Made by a program: the position numbers and the translations under genes | Notes under the pieces: model-generated | The model's input: only the letters and a program-made list of their open reading frames with translations | The model's database searches: none | Told to the model about the DNA's origin: nothing | Shown here: piece after piece, positions 1-12,310 of the stretch | Layout: the number at the start of each line of letters is the position of its first letter | Numbering within the stretch: position 1 is the first letter of the stretch | Source: Hemiscyllium ocellatum | Lineage: Eukaryota | Length of the DNA: 64,000 bases | Direction: 5' to 3' | Assembly (NCBI RefSeq): GCF_020745735.1 | Contig: NC_083416.1 | Span: 17,336,400-17,400,399, forward strand

Positions 1-290
1 CCGATCTCGGGTGGCTGCTCTCTAGTTAATTCCTCAATGCATTGATGCAGAAAACCAACCATGCACACTTCAGGAACTCTTCCTCTCCAGTATTGTTACT
101 GATTTGATTTGCCTAATCTAAATGTAGATTAAAGTCACTCATGATTACGGCTGTGGCTTCATTGCTTGCATCTCTAATTTCCTATTTAATGCCTTCTCAA
201 ACATTATCATATTATTTTGAGGGTATACAACCCCCACTGTCATAATTAGATATTTCTAATCTATACCCATATAGATTGCACTTCATCAGA
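1..290 (-). mobile_element. Degenerate CR1-clade LINE fragment (endonuclease region)
   Basis: Resembles the minus-strand CR1 endonuclease region at 59520-59600 and 60110-60260 (gattaaagtcactcatgatt, gatttgatttgcctaatcta). Confidence 0.55.
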
Positions 291-659
291 CAGATAAATT
301 GAGTAATCATGCATATTTTCATGAACATTAGCTTTTATGATGACTCTAGGAATAATTGGGCTTTTATTTCTAGCATGCTACCCTAATGAATCTAGAGGAG
401 AGGAGAATTACTGAAAGCAGCTTGTGGATTTCCATATTATTCTGTAAATACATAATGTCCCAAAGTTGCTTTCAAGTTTCAATGGCATAATTACACTGAC
501 ATAATACTGAAAACTTCACCATTATTCCCACAGTATTACAACCCATTGTCTGACTGAATGGCTGAACTCACGAATTTAATTGGCCTGCTTGGGTTCCTGT
601 TGAGTTTTCTCATTTGGAGATAAGCTCCCCACAGCTACTTTTTGATATTTTTCTAGATT

Positions 660-2700
660 CCTTGCCCCAAAAGCCATGAAAGGGATGACTAAGAAACCAC
701 AGTGTGGCCAGCCATACTCATTTCACAAAGGAATCAGTGAACTAAGTCATTGGACGAGTAGTATAGAGACCTGGATTCAAATCAAACAGTGGCAGACACT
801 GATCATTCTTTACAGACAAAATCTCAACAACACGATCACTATTCATTGGTATATCCTGTTCCACCAGGAAAATAGATCCAGCAGAGGCGGGTGGCACAAC
901 TGCATATAATCGAGTGAACTAACTCTTCAATATTGACTCTGAACCACATGAAGTCTCATGGTATCAGGTCAACTATGGTCAGGAAAACCACCTTCTGGTG
1001 ACAACATACCACACTGCCATTGGCTGATGGATCACTACTTCTCCATGTTGAACAGCACTTGGAGGAAACATTGGGTGGTGATAAAGGTGCAGAACGTACT
1101 CTGGTTGGGGGACTTGAGACTCGGTCCAAGCTGATCAGGTTTTAAAAGACATTGTTGTTGGGGTTGGTTCTGAGGCAGTTGGGGAGGAAATCTTCAAAAG
1201 GGAAAACATACTTGATCTCGTCTTCACCAATCTTCTTGCTACAGATGCATTTGCCCAGGATAGTGTCAGTAAGAGTGACCACAGAATGGTCGTTGTGGAG
1301 ACGAATTGCCACCTTCACATTAACAATGCTGTCTATTGTTTCACGTGTCCTATCAAGATGCTAAATGGGATAAACTTCGAACAGATATAAAAACTTAAGA
1401 TTGAGCATCCGTCAAGTGCTATCGGTCATCAGCAGCAGCTAAATTATATGCCAATACAATGTGCAACCTTATGGCCTGACATGTCCCCCACTCTACAGGA
1501 TCAGCTCTGCTTTAATGAAGAATGAAGTAAGGCGTGCCAGGAGCAGCACCGGGCTTACCTTAAAATGAGATTAAAACCTGGTAAAGCCCTACAAAATGGG
1601 ATTATTTGTGTACCAAACAATATAAGGAGCAATAGATAGTTAGTCATAGAATCCCTTAGTTTTGTCTACCAGATCCAAGCTATACAGTCCTGAGACATCG
1701 AATTGTGAACAGTGGTAGACAATTAACTCACTGGAAAGAGAGGCTTAACAAATACTCCCCATTCTGTATAAGGGGGAAAGCCCACTGCAACAGATATGGC
1801 TCTCAACAATCTTCAGCAAGAACTGTCAAGTGGATAATTTATCTTAGACTCCCAACAATCCCTAACATCACAGATACCAGTCGCAGATAATTTGATTCAC
1901 TCCATAGGATATCAAGAAATGGCTCAAGACACTGGATCCTGCAAAACCTATGGACCTTGACAATATTCTAGCAATAGTACTGGAAGACTTGTGCTCCATG
2001 CTCCAGAACTTGCTGCACATCTAACCAAGCTGTTCCAACACTGGCAACAGTTGATAATGTGGAAAATTGCCTAGATACATCTTGTACACAATAAGCAAGA
2101 CAAATTTAACCCAGCCAATTATCACCTCAGTTTATTCTCCATCATCAGTAAAGTGATAGAAGGAATCATCAATACTACCTGCACCAGCTCAGCACTAAAA
2201 AAAAACAAACTGCTGGAAATCTGAAACAAAAAGATTTGCAGCAGGTTTAGTGTCCTTTCTTCAGAAATCTTAACTCTGCTTTCTCTCCACAGGTACTGCC
2301 AGACCTGATGATTTTCTTCAGCAATTTCTGTTTTTGTTCCTGCTCAGCAATAACTTGCTCACTGACTTTCACTTTGGGTTCTGGCACAATCACTCAGTTC
2401 CTGATCTAATTGCAACCTTGATTTAAACAGAAACAAAGCAGCTGAATTCCAGAGGTGAGTGAGAGTGACTGCCCTTGGCATTAGAATAGCATTTGACCAA
2501 ATGTAGCATCAAAGGGTTCACAGAGAATCTGGGGAGAACTTTCCACTACTTGGAGACATACAAAGTAAGATGGTTGTTGTTGGAAGTCAGTCGTCTCAGC
2601 TACAAGACATCTCCGCAGAAGTTCCTCAGGCTGGTCTTCCAGGGTCCAGGAGAACAAGAATCACTGGAGTTCAAAAATATTGCGGGTGCAGTATTGAAAT
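660..2700 (+). mobile_element. Decayed ancient L2/CR1-group LINE (endonuclease to RT), same family as 5740-9345
   Basis: Shares blocks with 6300-8700 (aacatacttgatctcgtcttcaccaatctt; gcaatagtactgaagacttgtgctc; ccagccaattatcacc; gagagtgactgccctt); many frameshifts. Confidence 0.75.
2200..2340. mobile_element. Old palindromic PLE-derived short element inserted in the LINE
   Basis: tgctggaaatctgaaacaaaa...cagcaatttctgtttttgtt arms, same family as 38150-38310; hammerhead centre deleted. Confidence 0.55.
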
Positions 2701-3494
2701 GCAGGTGGAATGATCATGCTCCACAGGAAAAGAACAAATTCATGTAGAGTTGAAATGAAGCTAAAGATTCAGCTAGATCATGAATGAAGGCAGCAATCCA
2801 CTAATACAATCACCATGCAGGGCATTTCTGCGCTTAGAAATTAGTAGGTAGAGAAAGAATAGAAGAATCATTTTGGATGAATTCTGGAAGAACTGAATAT
2901 CCACTTAAAGAACAGCGTAATATGTATCTGATAGTTTTTGTTTTGTTTTTGTTAAGAACTGGGTACTCAATTCTGTGGTTTCATGTATACATTGGCTACC
3001 AAACGTGTGTTTAGTCAATTGTGCTTTCAATCTGTTTGGAAATGTAACATCTTGACATGTCCTTGTTTCAGTATACATGGAATACTGCTGTGAAGAAAAA
3101 CATTAAGTCAAAGTTTTTCATTGTGTACTCGTCAGAAGAAATGCAACAATGCCAAATATTAAATGTTGCACCCTCTTCAAAAGATAGCTGGGAAAATAAG
3201 AGAAAAACAAATCAAAATCTCTCTCACAATTCCCACCTAGAAGGTGCATGGAATAACAATAGGAATTATTGAGTCAGCACAGCAATTCATCTCTGTGCAT
3301 TAGTCTACAATAGACACAGGATTGAACCAAGAAAAAAAATCTTTGATAACAAGCGAATTAAATTAATTTGCAAAAATATTCACAAGCAGAATTATAAAGT
3401 TCAAACTACATACTGAATTACACAGCATTTACAGCATAACAGGCCACTTACAAATATTCATGCTTCACGAAAGTCTCGTTCCATCTTACATCTT

Positions 3495-3910
3495 AGGAAC
3501 ATAGGAGTGTGAGCAAATTATTCAGTCATTTGAATCAACTCTGGCATTCTAGATCATGGCTGAACATCTCTAATTATTTCCACACTATCCCCATATCCCT
3601 TGACATCATTAGTGACTAGAAATCTAGCAATCCCTACCTTGAATAAATTTAATGGCTAAGCTTCTCCAGTTCTCCGGAGTTCTGAATTCCAAAGACCCTC
3701 TGAATAAAGAAATTCCTCTTCACCTGTGTACTAACTGATTTGGTCCTTATTCTAAGATTGTGTCTCTGGTCTTAGATCCTTAAGCAAAGGGAAACATCCT
3801 TTCTGCAGCTACAAAGTCCATCCCTGTAAGTATTAAGTAAGGTTCAATGAGATCACATATCATTCTTCTCAATGTGTAGTAGGGTTGTTCAACCTCTTTG
3901 TATGAGAGGA
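3495..3910 (-). mobile_element. CR1 LINE 3' end (older subfamily)
   Basis: ggaacataggag...gatcatggctg...gaattccaaag tail, the reverse complement of the CR1 3' ends at 16450-16620 and 45050-45170. Confidence 0.65.
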
Positions 3911-3914
3911 CATG

Positions 3915-4296
3915 TCATAGAGTCATAGAGATGTACAGCACAGAAACAGACCCTTCAGTACAACTCTTCCATGCCGACCAGATATCCTAACCTAATCTAG
4001 TTCATTTTCTAGCAATTTGCCCATATCCCTCTAAACCCTTCCTATTCATACACCCATCCAGATGTCTTTTAAATGCTGCAATTGTACCAGCCTCCACCAC
4101 TTCCTCTAGCAGCTCATCTTACACACCACTCTCTGCGTGAAACAATTGCCAATTATATAACTTTTAAATTTTATCCCTCTCACCCTAAATCTCTCCCCGC
4201 TAGTTCTGGACTCCCCTACCCCAGGAAAAAGACCTTGTCTCTTCATCCTATCCATGCCCCTCATGATTTTATGTACAGTACGGAAACAGACCCTTC
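3915..4296 (-). mobile_element. HER1-type CR1 LINE 3' end
   Basis: gtcatagagtcatagagatgtacagcacagaaacagacccttc tail; minus ORF KIMRGMDRMKRQGLFPGVGESRTSGERFRVRG is the CR1 ORF2 C-terminus. Confidence 0.85.
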
Positions 4297-4538
4297 TCAA
4301 GCTTTATTTTTTCTTCACTCAGTAAGCTGATGAGCAAACTTTGAAAACATAAAGTGCGGCATAACATCAAACATAAAAATATGAATACAACAACAATAAA
4401 TTGATAATTTAAAAAGTGACTAATAAAATTATACATTAAAAGCAATACAGGCAGAGTTAACTTATAGAACTTTGTATTTGCCTTGAAACAAAGACTACGC
4501 CCAAAGCCATGGTTATCAAGAAATTCAATAGGGAGTGG

Positions 4539-5072
4539 ACCAAGCTGAGACTTCGGTTCTCATTAATAATAATCCTGGATTTTTCCCCTGTTGGTGTATA
4601 CTTTCTGCGAACCTCAGCAGATTAATACGCAAATGGGTGTTAGAAACAAGTTGCCTTTCAAACTGGGTTTTCTCTGCCACCCAACATGCATCATGGATAG
4701 GACTTTGGGAAAGGGAAAATAAGGAAGCTATGTGTAAATCCACTTTACTCTTCAACCCAGCGTCACACAGTCCCTCCTTCTCTTACACAATCCCTGTCTT
4801 CCTCACATACTCATTACTTCAGGCTCATTCTCTTCTTTTCTCCATCACAGACTCTGTCCCTTCTTCGACCTAATCTCTCACAGAGAGTCTCTGTGAAGGT
4901 TTGAAGATGCCTAGCCTCTGATTGTAGGTTGTGTGTCAGGGAAAACCCATTTCGAAAGGCAACCTATTTCCAACACCCACTTACGTATGACCTTGCTTAG
5001 GCTCATTAAAGGGATGCGCCAGCAGGGGCAAATGCAGGATCATTATTTCTTCTCGCTAAATCTCAGCTTGGT
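4539..5072. mobile_element. Old MITE-like element with ~145-bp imperfect terminal inverted repeats
   Basis: Arm 4539-4685 is the reverse complement of arm 4928-5072 (accaagctgaga / tctcagcttggt; gggttttctctg / cagggaaaaccc). The pyrimidine-rich spacer is ~240 bp. Confidence 0.7.
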
Positions 5073-5079
5073 GTGGAAA

Positions 5080-5600
5080 TGTTGCTGTTCTTTCTCAAGT
5101 TTTCTCCAGCCTACAACACTATCGTTAAGGAACTGCTCCTGCATTGGCTTGCAAGTGAAACCAGCAGAAAAAGGATTATTGAATCCTCAATCCATATCAA
5201 TACATTATTCCCATCACGTGTTCTAATTTTGTTTACTAACCTCTTATGTGGGAACATATTGAAAATGTTCTGTAAATCCAAAGCACAATATCCACTGGTT
5301 CCCCATTATCTACTCCATTAAACATATCCTCAAAAATCTCCAACAAGTTTATAAAATGAAGTAGGCACAATGGGCTGAATGGTCTGCAATGTGCCTTTTC
5401 TGAAATATGGTTTACCTTTCATGAATCCATGTTAACTCCACCCAGTCTGATTATTATTTTTAAATGAACAGATGATACCACAGCCTTCATAATATTTTCT
5501 ACTATCTTCCACACAACTGATGTCATTTTAATTGTACCCATATTTTCTGGTTTTTGCCTTCCTCCTTTTTTGCATAGTGGAATTGGTATCATTGACAACC
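5080..5600 (-). mobile_element. Decayed CR1 LINE RT-region fragment
   Basis: aatccatatcaatacattattccc, taacctcttatgtgg, aatccatgttaactc are typical reverse-strand CR1 ORF2 blocks also seen at 52990-53460. Confidence 0.6.
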
Positions 5601-6995
5601 TTCATATTTGCAATCTACTTACTCTATCAACATTTCATTCCATTGTTTTCATCATCAAATACAGCTTAAAATTTAACTGTGCTCATCACCAACATCACTC
5701 ATGTCCTGCATTTGGGTAAGCAATGGTCTCGGAGAATCATCATGAGATTAATAATCAACAGACCCAAGCAATGTTCCAGATTCAAATCCCACCATGGCAA
5801 TTGATGAAATTTGATTTCAATTAAGAAGTAGTCTGGAATTAAAAATCTAATCATGACCAGGCAATAGAGTTATTGATTGTCAGAAAAAAAACCTATTTGG
5901 TTCATTTATGTCCTTTTGGGAAGGAAACTACCCACCTGTGACTTCAGATCTACAGCAATGTAGTTAGTTGGCTTTTAACTGCCCTCTGAAATAGCCAAGC
6001 AAGTCACTCAATTGTATTTATCCCAGGAAAGGATTTAAAAAAAGAATGAATACAGACAGAGTACCTGGCATCAATCTAGGCATTGAAAATGACAATGGCT
6101 AAAACAGCCTTGCCGTCCCTGCAAAGTCCTCCGTACCAACATCTAGGGCTGGAGGGGAGGGATGCCAAAACTGGGCAGATGTCTCAGACTCACCAAACAA
6201 GAGCCTGAAATAGTCATACTCAAGGAATCACATCTTTCAGACAATATCCCAGACACCATCACCACTATATATGTCCTGTCCAAATGGCAGGACAGCCCAG
6301 CAGAGGTGTCGGAACAGTGGTACACAGGTTAATAGAAACAAAGAAGATCTATGCAGAAAGTCGAACCAGGGCAAGGAAATCTCTTGCTGACTACCATGTA
6401 CTGCCCTCCCTCAGTTGACGAATCAGCGTTTCTCCATGTTGGAGAAAACGTAGCAGAAGCACTAAAGATTGCTAGGGAGTAGAATGTACTCTGGATGGGG
6501 CATTCAATTTCCACCATCAAGAGTGACTTATCATCAGCACCACTAATCAAACTGGTCAGATCCAAAATGACACTGCTATTAGGCTGAGTCTGTGGCAAGT
6601 AGGCAGCCATCAGGAGGAAAAAATATACTTGATCTCTTCTCACCAATCTTCCTGTCACACATGCATCTGTCTATGAGAGTACAAATAAGAGGGAATATCA
6701 CAGTCCTTGTGGAGACAAAGTCTTGTCCTCATATTACATTGTAATATTGGCATGATCACCACGTTAAAAGGGACAGACTTTGAACAGATTTAGCAACTCA
6801 AGATCCATGAGGTGCTATGAGCCATTAACAGTAGAACTGTATTCCAACAGAACCTGCAGTCTCATGGTCCAGCATTTTAGCACTATCATTAGGTTAAGGG
6901 ATCAGCCCTGGTTCAATGAAAGGTGCAGGAAGGAATGACAGGAACTGCACCATGCATATCTGAAAACGAGGTGTCAATTTGGCGAAACTACAAAG

Positions 6996-7180
6996 AAGAA
7001 AAATGTGCTGCTGGAAAACGCAGCAGGTCAGGCAGCATCCAAGGAGCAGGAGAATCACGTTTCGGGCATATGCCCGAAATGTCGATTCTCCTGCTCCTTG
7101 GATGCTGCCTGACCTGCTGCGCTTTTCCAGCAACACATTTTTCAGCTCTGATCTCCAGCATCTGCAGTCCTCACTTTCTC
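6996..7180. mobile_element. Fold-back (palindromic) mini-PLE insert with TSD
   Basis: ~70-bp inverted arms centred on ttcgggcatatgcccgaa (7061-7078); flanked by gaaactacaaag (6984-6995) and gaagctacaaag (7181-7192). Confidence 0.85.
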
Positions 7181-7250
7181 GAAGCTACAAAGCAGGACTA
7201 CCTGCATGCCAAACAGAACAGTGATAGACAAAGCTAAGTGATCCCATACG

Positions 7251-7820
7251 GAATCTTGTGGAACGTTTCAGAGAACACCTCTGGGACACCCGAACCAACC
7301 AACCCAACCATCCCGTGGCTCAACACTTCAACTCCCCCTCCCACTCCACCAAGGACATGCAGGTCCTTGGACTCCTCCATCGCCAGACCATAGCAACACG
7401 ACGGCTGGAGGAAGAGCGCCTCATCTTCTGCCTAGGAACCCTCCAACCACAAGGGATGAACTCAGATTTCTCCAGTTTCCTCTTTTCCCCTCCCCCCCAC
7501 CTTGTCTCAGTCTAATCCTTCAAACTCAGCACCGCCTTCCTAACCTGCAATCTTCTTCCTGACCTCTCCGCCCCCACCCCCACTCCAGCCTATCAACCTC
7601 ACCTTGACCTTCTTCCACCTATTGCATTTCCAACGCCCCCAAGTCCCTCCTCCCTACCTTTTATCTTAGCCTGCTGGACACACTTTCCTCATTCCTGAAG
7701 AAGGGCTCATGCCCAAAACGTCGACTCTTCTGCTCCTTGGATGCTACTTGACCTGCTGCGCTTTTCCAGCAACACATTTTCAGCTCTGATCTCCAGCATC
7801 TGCAGTCTTCATTTTCTCCC
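7251..7820 (+). mobile_element. Penelope-like element 3' fragment (GIY-YIG C-terminus plus 3' pLTR)
   Basis: ORF 7258-7515 ERFREHLWDTRTNQPNHPVAQHFNSPSHS...LGTLQPQGMNSDF. Hammerhead-like ATTC-CTGAAGA-A-GGGCTCATGCCC-aAAA-CGTC at 7691-7722 has G of GAAA mutated. Confidence 0.88.
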
Positions 7821-9559
7821 CCAAGTGATTCCACAACCAATGGATCAAATCTAAGTTCTGCAGGCTTGCCACATCCACTCATCTCTGGTGGTGGACAACT
7901 AAATAACTCACTGGAGGAGGAGGGTCCACAATTATTCCCATCCTCAATGCAAAATCAGCGCAAAAGATAGGGCTGACATATTCGCAGTAATATTCAGCCA
8001 GAAGTGCTGAGTGGATGGTTCACCTCAGCTCCACCAAAGGTCCCAAGCATTAGAAATGCCAGTCTTCAACCAATTCAATTCACTCCATGTGATATCAAAA
8101 ACAGTTGAAGGAATTGGATACTGCAAAAGACTACAACCCTGACAACATATCAGCAGTAGTACTGAAGACTTGTGCTCAAGAACTTATCACATTCCTGGGC
8201 AATCTGTTCCAGTATAGCCACAACAGTGGCAATTTCCTGACAATGTGGAAATCACCCAGGTACGTCCTATACACAAAAAAACAAGAGAAATCTATCCCAG
8301 CCAATCACCATCCCATCAGGCCACTCTTGATCATAAGTAAAGATATGGAAGGTGCCATCAACAATGCTATCAAGCAACACCTGCTCAGCAATAATCTGCT
8401 TACTGACGCCCAGTTTGAATTCTGCAGGGCCACTCAGCTCCTGACCTCATTACAGTCTTGGCTCAAACATGGACCAAAGAGGTGAATTCCAGACATGAGA
8501 TGAGAGTGACAGCCTTTGCTATCAAGGCTGCATTTGACCGATTGTGGCATCAAGGATGCCGCAGGAAAACTGCAATCATTGGGAATTGGGGAGAAAATTG
8601 TGTTGGAATCATACCTGGCACGTAGGAAGAAGATCATGATTATTAGAAGTCAGTCACCTCAGTTCCAGGCCATCTCTACAGCAGTTCTTCAGGCCCAACC
8701 ATCTTCAACTACTTCCATCGATAACCTTCCCTCCGTTATAAGGTCAGAAGTAGAGACATTCAGCACCTTTCACAACCCCTCAAATACTGAAGCAGTCCCT
8801 ATCCAAATGCAGCAAGACCTGGACAATATCCAGGCTTGAGCTGAAAAGTGGCAAGTAACACTCATTCCACAGAAATATCAGGCAATGTTCATCTCCAATA
8901 AGAGAAAATCAACCATTCCCCCTGATATTCAATGTCCCCACCATATCAACATCCTGTGGGTTACTATCGACAAGGAATTGAACTGGAATAGCCATGTGAA
9001 TATAGTGGCTACAAGAGCAAGTCAGCATTGCAGGAAGTCATGAAGGCACCTTTCAAACCCATGACCACTACCACATTAAAAGATAAAGGCACGGGATGCA
9101 TGGGAACACTATCACCGACAAGTTCCCCTCCAAGGCATTCACCATCCAAACTCTGAAATATATTGCGGGTGCTTCAGTGTTGCTGGGTAAACATCCTGGA
9201 ACTGCCTCCTAACACCACTGTGGGTCGATCAACAGTGCATGGATTGTAGCATTCATAAAGGCAGCTCATCATCACCTTGTGAAGGGCAACACAGATGGGC
9301 AATAAATGACAGACAGTGATTCCATTATCCTATGAACTAATGAGCAATAAATTCTCACCTCTCTCTTAATTCATTTGAGTCCTCTGAAATCCTCATTGCA
9401 CAACTACAGACCATCAGCCTTTAGTTTCGAAGTATGCACAAATATTCTCTACTTCTACCCTTCTGGTGCCCTGATCAGTTTTAAAACCTCTATCAGGTCA
9501 CATCAAAGCCTTCGCTTTTCTGGTAAACTACCAAGGACAGATTTTCAATTTCCTGTTTG

Positions 9560-10460
9560 CCAATGACTATACACTAACTGCAAATTTAGAGCTGAATGTG
9601 CAATATAGCACATAACAGTTTTTCGATGCTCAAGAAAACTTCAGCTTTATAACGAGTGCAAAGGAAACTTAAGTGTTACTGCTCCCAGAAAACCTCCAAG
9701 AAACCAAAATTTCAGTTTCTGATCATAACCTGTCAGCAATTGATACATTCACTTATTTCAGCTGTGCAATCTCTTCAGCTATCTATATTTACAATAAGAC
9801 ACATGCAAAAATGACCAAAAGCTAGCCAAAGCTTCAGCTGACAATAGACATCCATGGGAACAAAGAGTAAGGCTGCCTATTCAACAAAAGTCTATGAAGT
9901 ATTCTGACCATCCTGTTCCATTCATGCAAGACTTGGACTGCAGGCCATGATCAGGCTCAGAAGTTCAAATACTTTCACTTGAGCTGCCTTCAAAAGCTTC
10001 AAATTAAATGGCAGGACAGAAACTTGAGAGGCTCAGCTGACTGACATGCAAAGCATCAACATAAGACAGAGACAATCACAATTGAGTTCGTTGGTCATGC
10101 AGCCAAAAAAAACTTGGGAGCTTGAGTCTTGACTGCACTCTTGTGGTGATCCAAAAAAGTGCTGAAAAGAAATTCTGAAGGGTTCACTAGTTGCACTTTG
10201 AATCCAGGGAAAAGCTCACACAAGTTCACTGAAAGCAAATCAAAAGCAAATCAAAGGCAGAGAATAATACAAAGAGAGAAAACCCAAAGTCAGCGATCTA
10301 TCCAAAACAGAGTCCCCGGCACTATCATGTTCCAATTGTAGCAGAACCTTTTTAGCCACAGATCAGCCTTAGCTGTAACCTGTGTACCCACTAGAACCCT
10401 ACCAAATAATCCAGCTGCTGAACATGTTTATCCTCACCGCAAAGGACAAGCAAGAACACT
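9560..10460 (+). mobile_element. Highly decayed RTE-clade LINE 3' part
   Basis: Remnants resembling RTE C-terminal RT motifs (aaggaaacttaagtgtta; gatacattcacttat; ttggtcatgcagcc); no intact ORF. Confidence 0.5.
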
Positions 10461-11139
10461 TGAAATACAAACACGTTTAAAGTCAAAAAGCACTGTGTGT
10501 GGAAAAAAAACTTTTTTTTAACATCTCAGTGGCTATTCAAACTTTTGAACATATTTCTCCAGAGAGTATATAATGGCCCACACATTAAAGCAGAAAGCAG
10601 GAAAGATACAGGAGTGCCCAGTAGCAGATGAAGAACCCAACAAGGTTGAGTGTAGAGGACATTTTGATCTTAACAGACCAGCATATTTTAATAAATCAGA
10701 CTGAACGTGGCTTAACAGCTGAGGAAATTGACAAGTTAACTAATCAACAGAAGTAGAAATGAATCACAAGAGACTGCAACAGTTGTAAGGTGCAACAAAG
10801 TGTGGAGAGAAGTCACAGCACACAAATTTAAACCAAATCAGAAGACCTACAGATGGTTCACATGTGTGGTTACAACATCAAAGAGGAGCCAAATGTTTGA
10901 GGCCAATAATAATCTGATGGTTCAAATTTTCTAACAAGCATTCTGACTGACTAATTTTGCCTTAGATAAGGAACAATTAATACTAACACAGGAGTACTGA
11001 GCATTCATTTTCAGTCTGCTATTGCTGATGAAAAATTTCAGATAAGCCATTTCCAGCCCAGCTTAACTTATTGAAAAATGCAAAATATCTTGATAAAATA
11101 TCAGCAGCTCGGATTTCCTGAATTCCCTAAATTAGCTAA

Positions 11140-11770
11140 TGGGTGTGAAACAAACAAATGGGGATTGGGTTCTTTTTCAGGTTGGCAACTTGTAATCAGT
11201 GGGGCTCTACAGGGATCAGTGCTGTGACAACTGCTTACAATATATATTGATGACTTAAAGGAACGAAGCAAATATACTGGAGTCAAATTTGCAGATGACA
11301 CAAAAATAGACAGAAGGGCAAGTTGCAGGAGGGACTCAAAGGGTTTATAGAGATATTGATAGTTAACTAAGTATGCAAAAAGTTGGCAAATGGAGTAAAA
11401 TGTGGTAAAATTGAAGTTGCTCATTTCTGAAAGAAAAACAAAAAACGATTCACTTAAATGGAGAAAAACTACTGAAAAATGCATCAGAATGGGAGTTGGG
11501 GGTACCTGTGAACAAAACACACCAATCCAGCACACAGGTATTGCATATAATCCTGAAGAGCAAAGGAATGCTGGTCCTTACTTCAAGGGAGTTGGAATGT
11601 AAGAGCAGAACAGTCTTACTGCATCTATAAGGCCACATGTGCATCACTGCGAACAGTTTTGGCTTCCTTTTCAAAAAAAATATATCATTTCATTGGAGGC
11701 AGTTCAGAGAACCAAGATGATCCCCAGTAGGGAGGTTTTGTCTTAAAAACAAACGTTAAATAGGTTGTAA
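11140..11770 (+). mobile_element. CR1 LINE RT fragment
   Basis: cagggatcagtgctg (QGSVL), aaatttgcagatgacacaaaa (KFADDTK), ttggcaaatggag (WQME). Confidence 0.8.
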
Positions 11771-12049
11771 CCTCCAGGATGTTGATAGTGGGGGATTCAG
11801 TGATGGCAACGAATGTCAAGGGACGGTGGCTAGATTGTTTCTTAATCAAGATGATCATTTGTGTGATACAAATGTCACTCCAGCTGCAAAAGCTCTGAAG
11901 AACACCACATCTATGTTTTCCATTATTTCAAAATAGTCAGATTTATATGGAACTTTACAAATATATGAAATTCCTATCAGAATTAACAGATCGTCCCATG
12001 GCTTTCGTACATTAAAGTAAGTAATTTCTTTCAAACCCAGATCCTCTCC

Positions 12050-12310
12050 CAACTGTTAGAAGCTACGCAGCAGATATATAGGAACACCACCATCTATAAG
12101 TTCCCTTTCAAGCCACACACCATCCTTACTTGGAGTTACACTGCCAATTTTCTATGGTCAATTCCTGGAATCTTTTGCAAACAGCACTGTAGTTGACGTT
12201 CACCCAAAGAACTGCAGTGGTTCAAAAACACTGCTTGCTGACACATTTTCGAGGGCAATTAAGATGGACAATAAATGCTGTCCTAGTCCATGATGTCCAT
12301 ATATTGTAAA
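12050..12310 (+). mobile_element. 3' end of the ancient L2/CR1-group LINE
   Basis: ggaacaccaccatctataagttccc...gagggcaattaagatggacaataaatgctg, homologous to 9100-9310. Confidence 0.7.

Larger units (their letters stand above)
5740..9345 (+). mobile_element. Near full-length decayed L2/CR1-group LINE with SINE-like 5' end, interrupted by two PLE inserts
   Basis: 5' B-box-like gattcaaatccc (~5779); endonuclease start (~6120-6270, PEIVILKESHLSDNIPD-like); RT ORFs 8105-8485 and 8516-8839 (PDNISAVVLKTCAQEL, IPANHHPIRPLLIISKDME, IQMQQDLDNIQA); 3' tail gaagggcaac...gatgggcaataaatg. Confidence 0.8.

Noticed and set aside
7691-7726. Active hammerhead in the PLE 3' fragment
   Set aside because: The catalytic G of GAAA is mutated to A; copies at ~22930, 26920, 27600 and 46820 are likewise broken.
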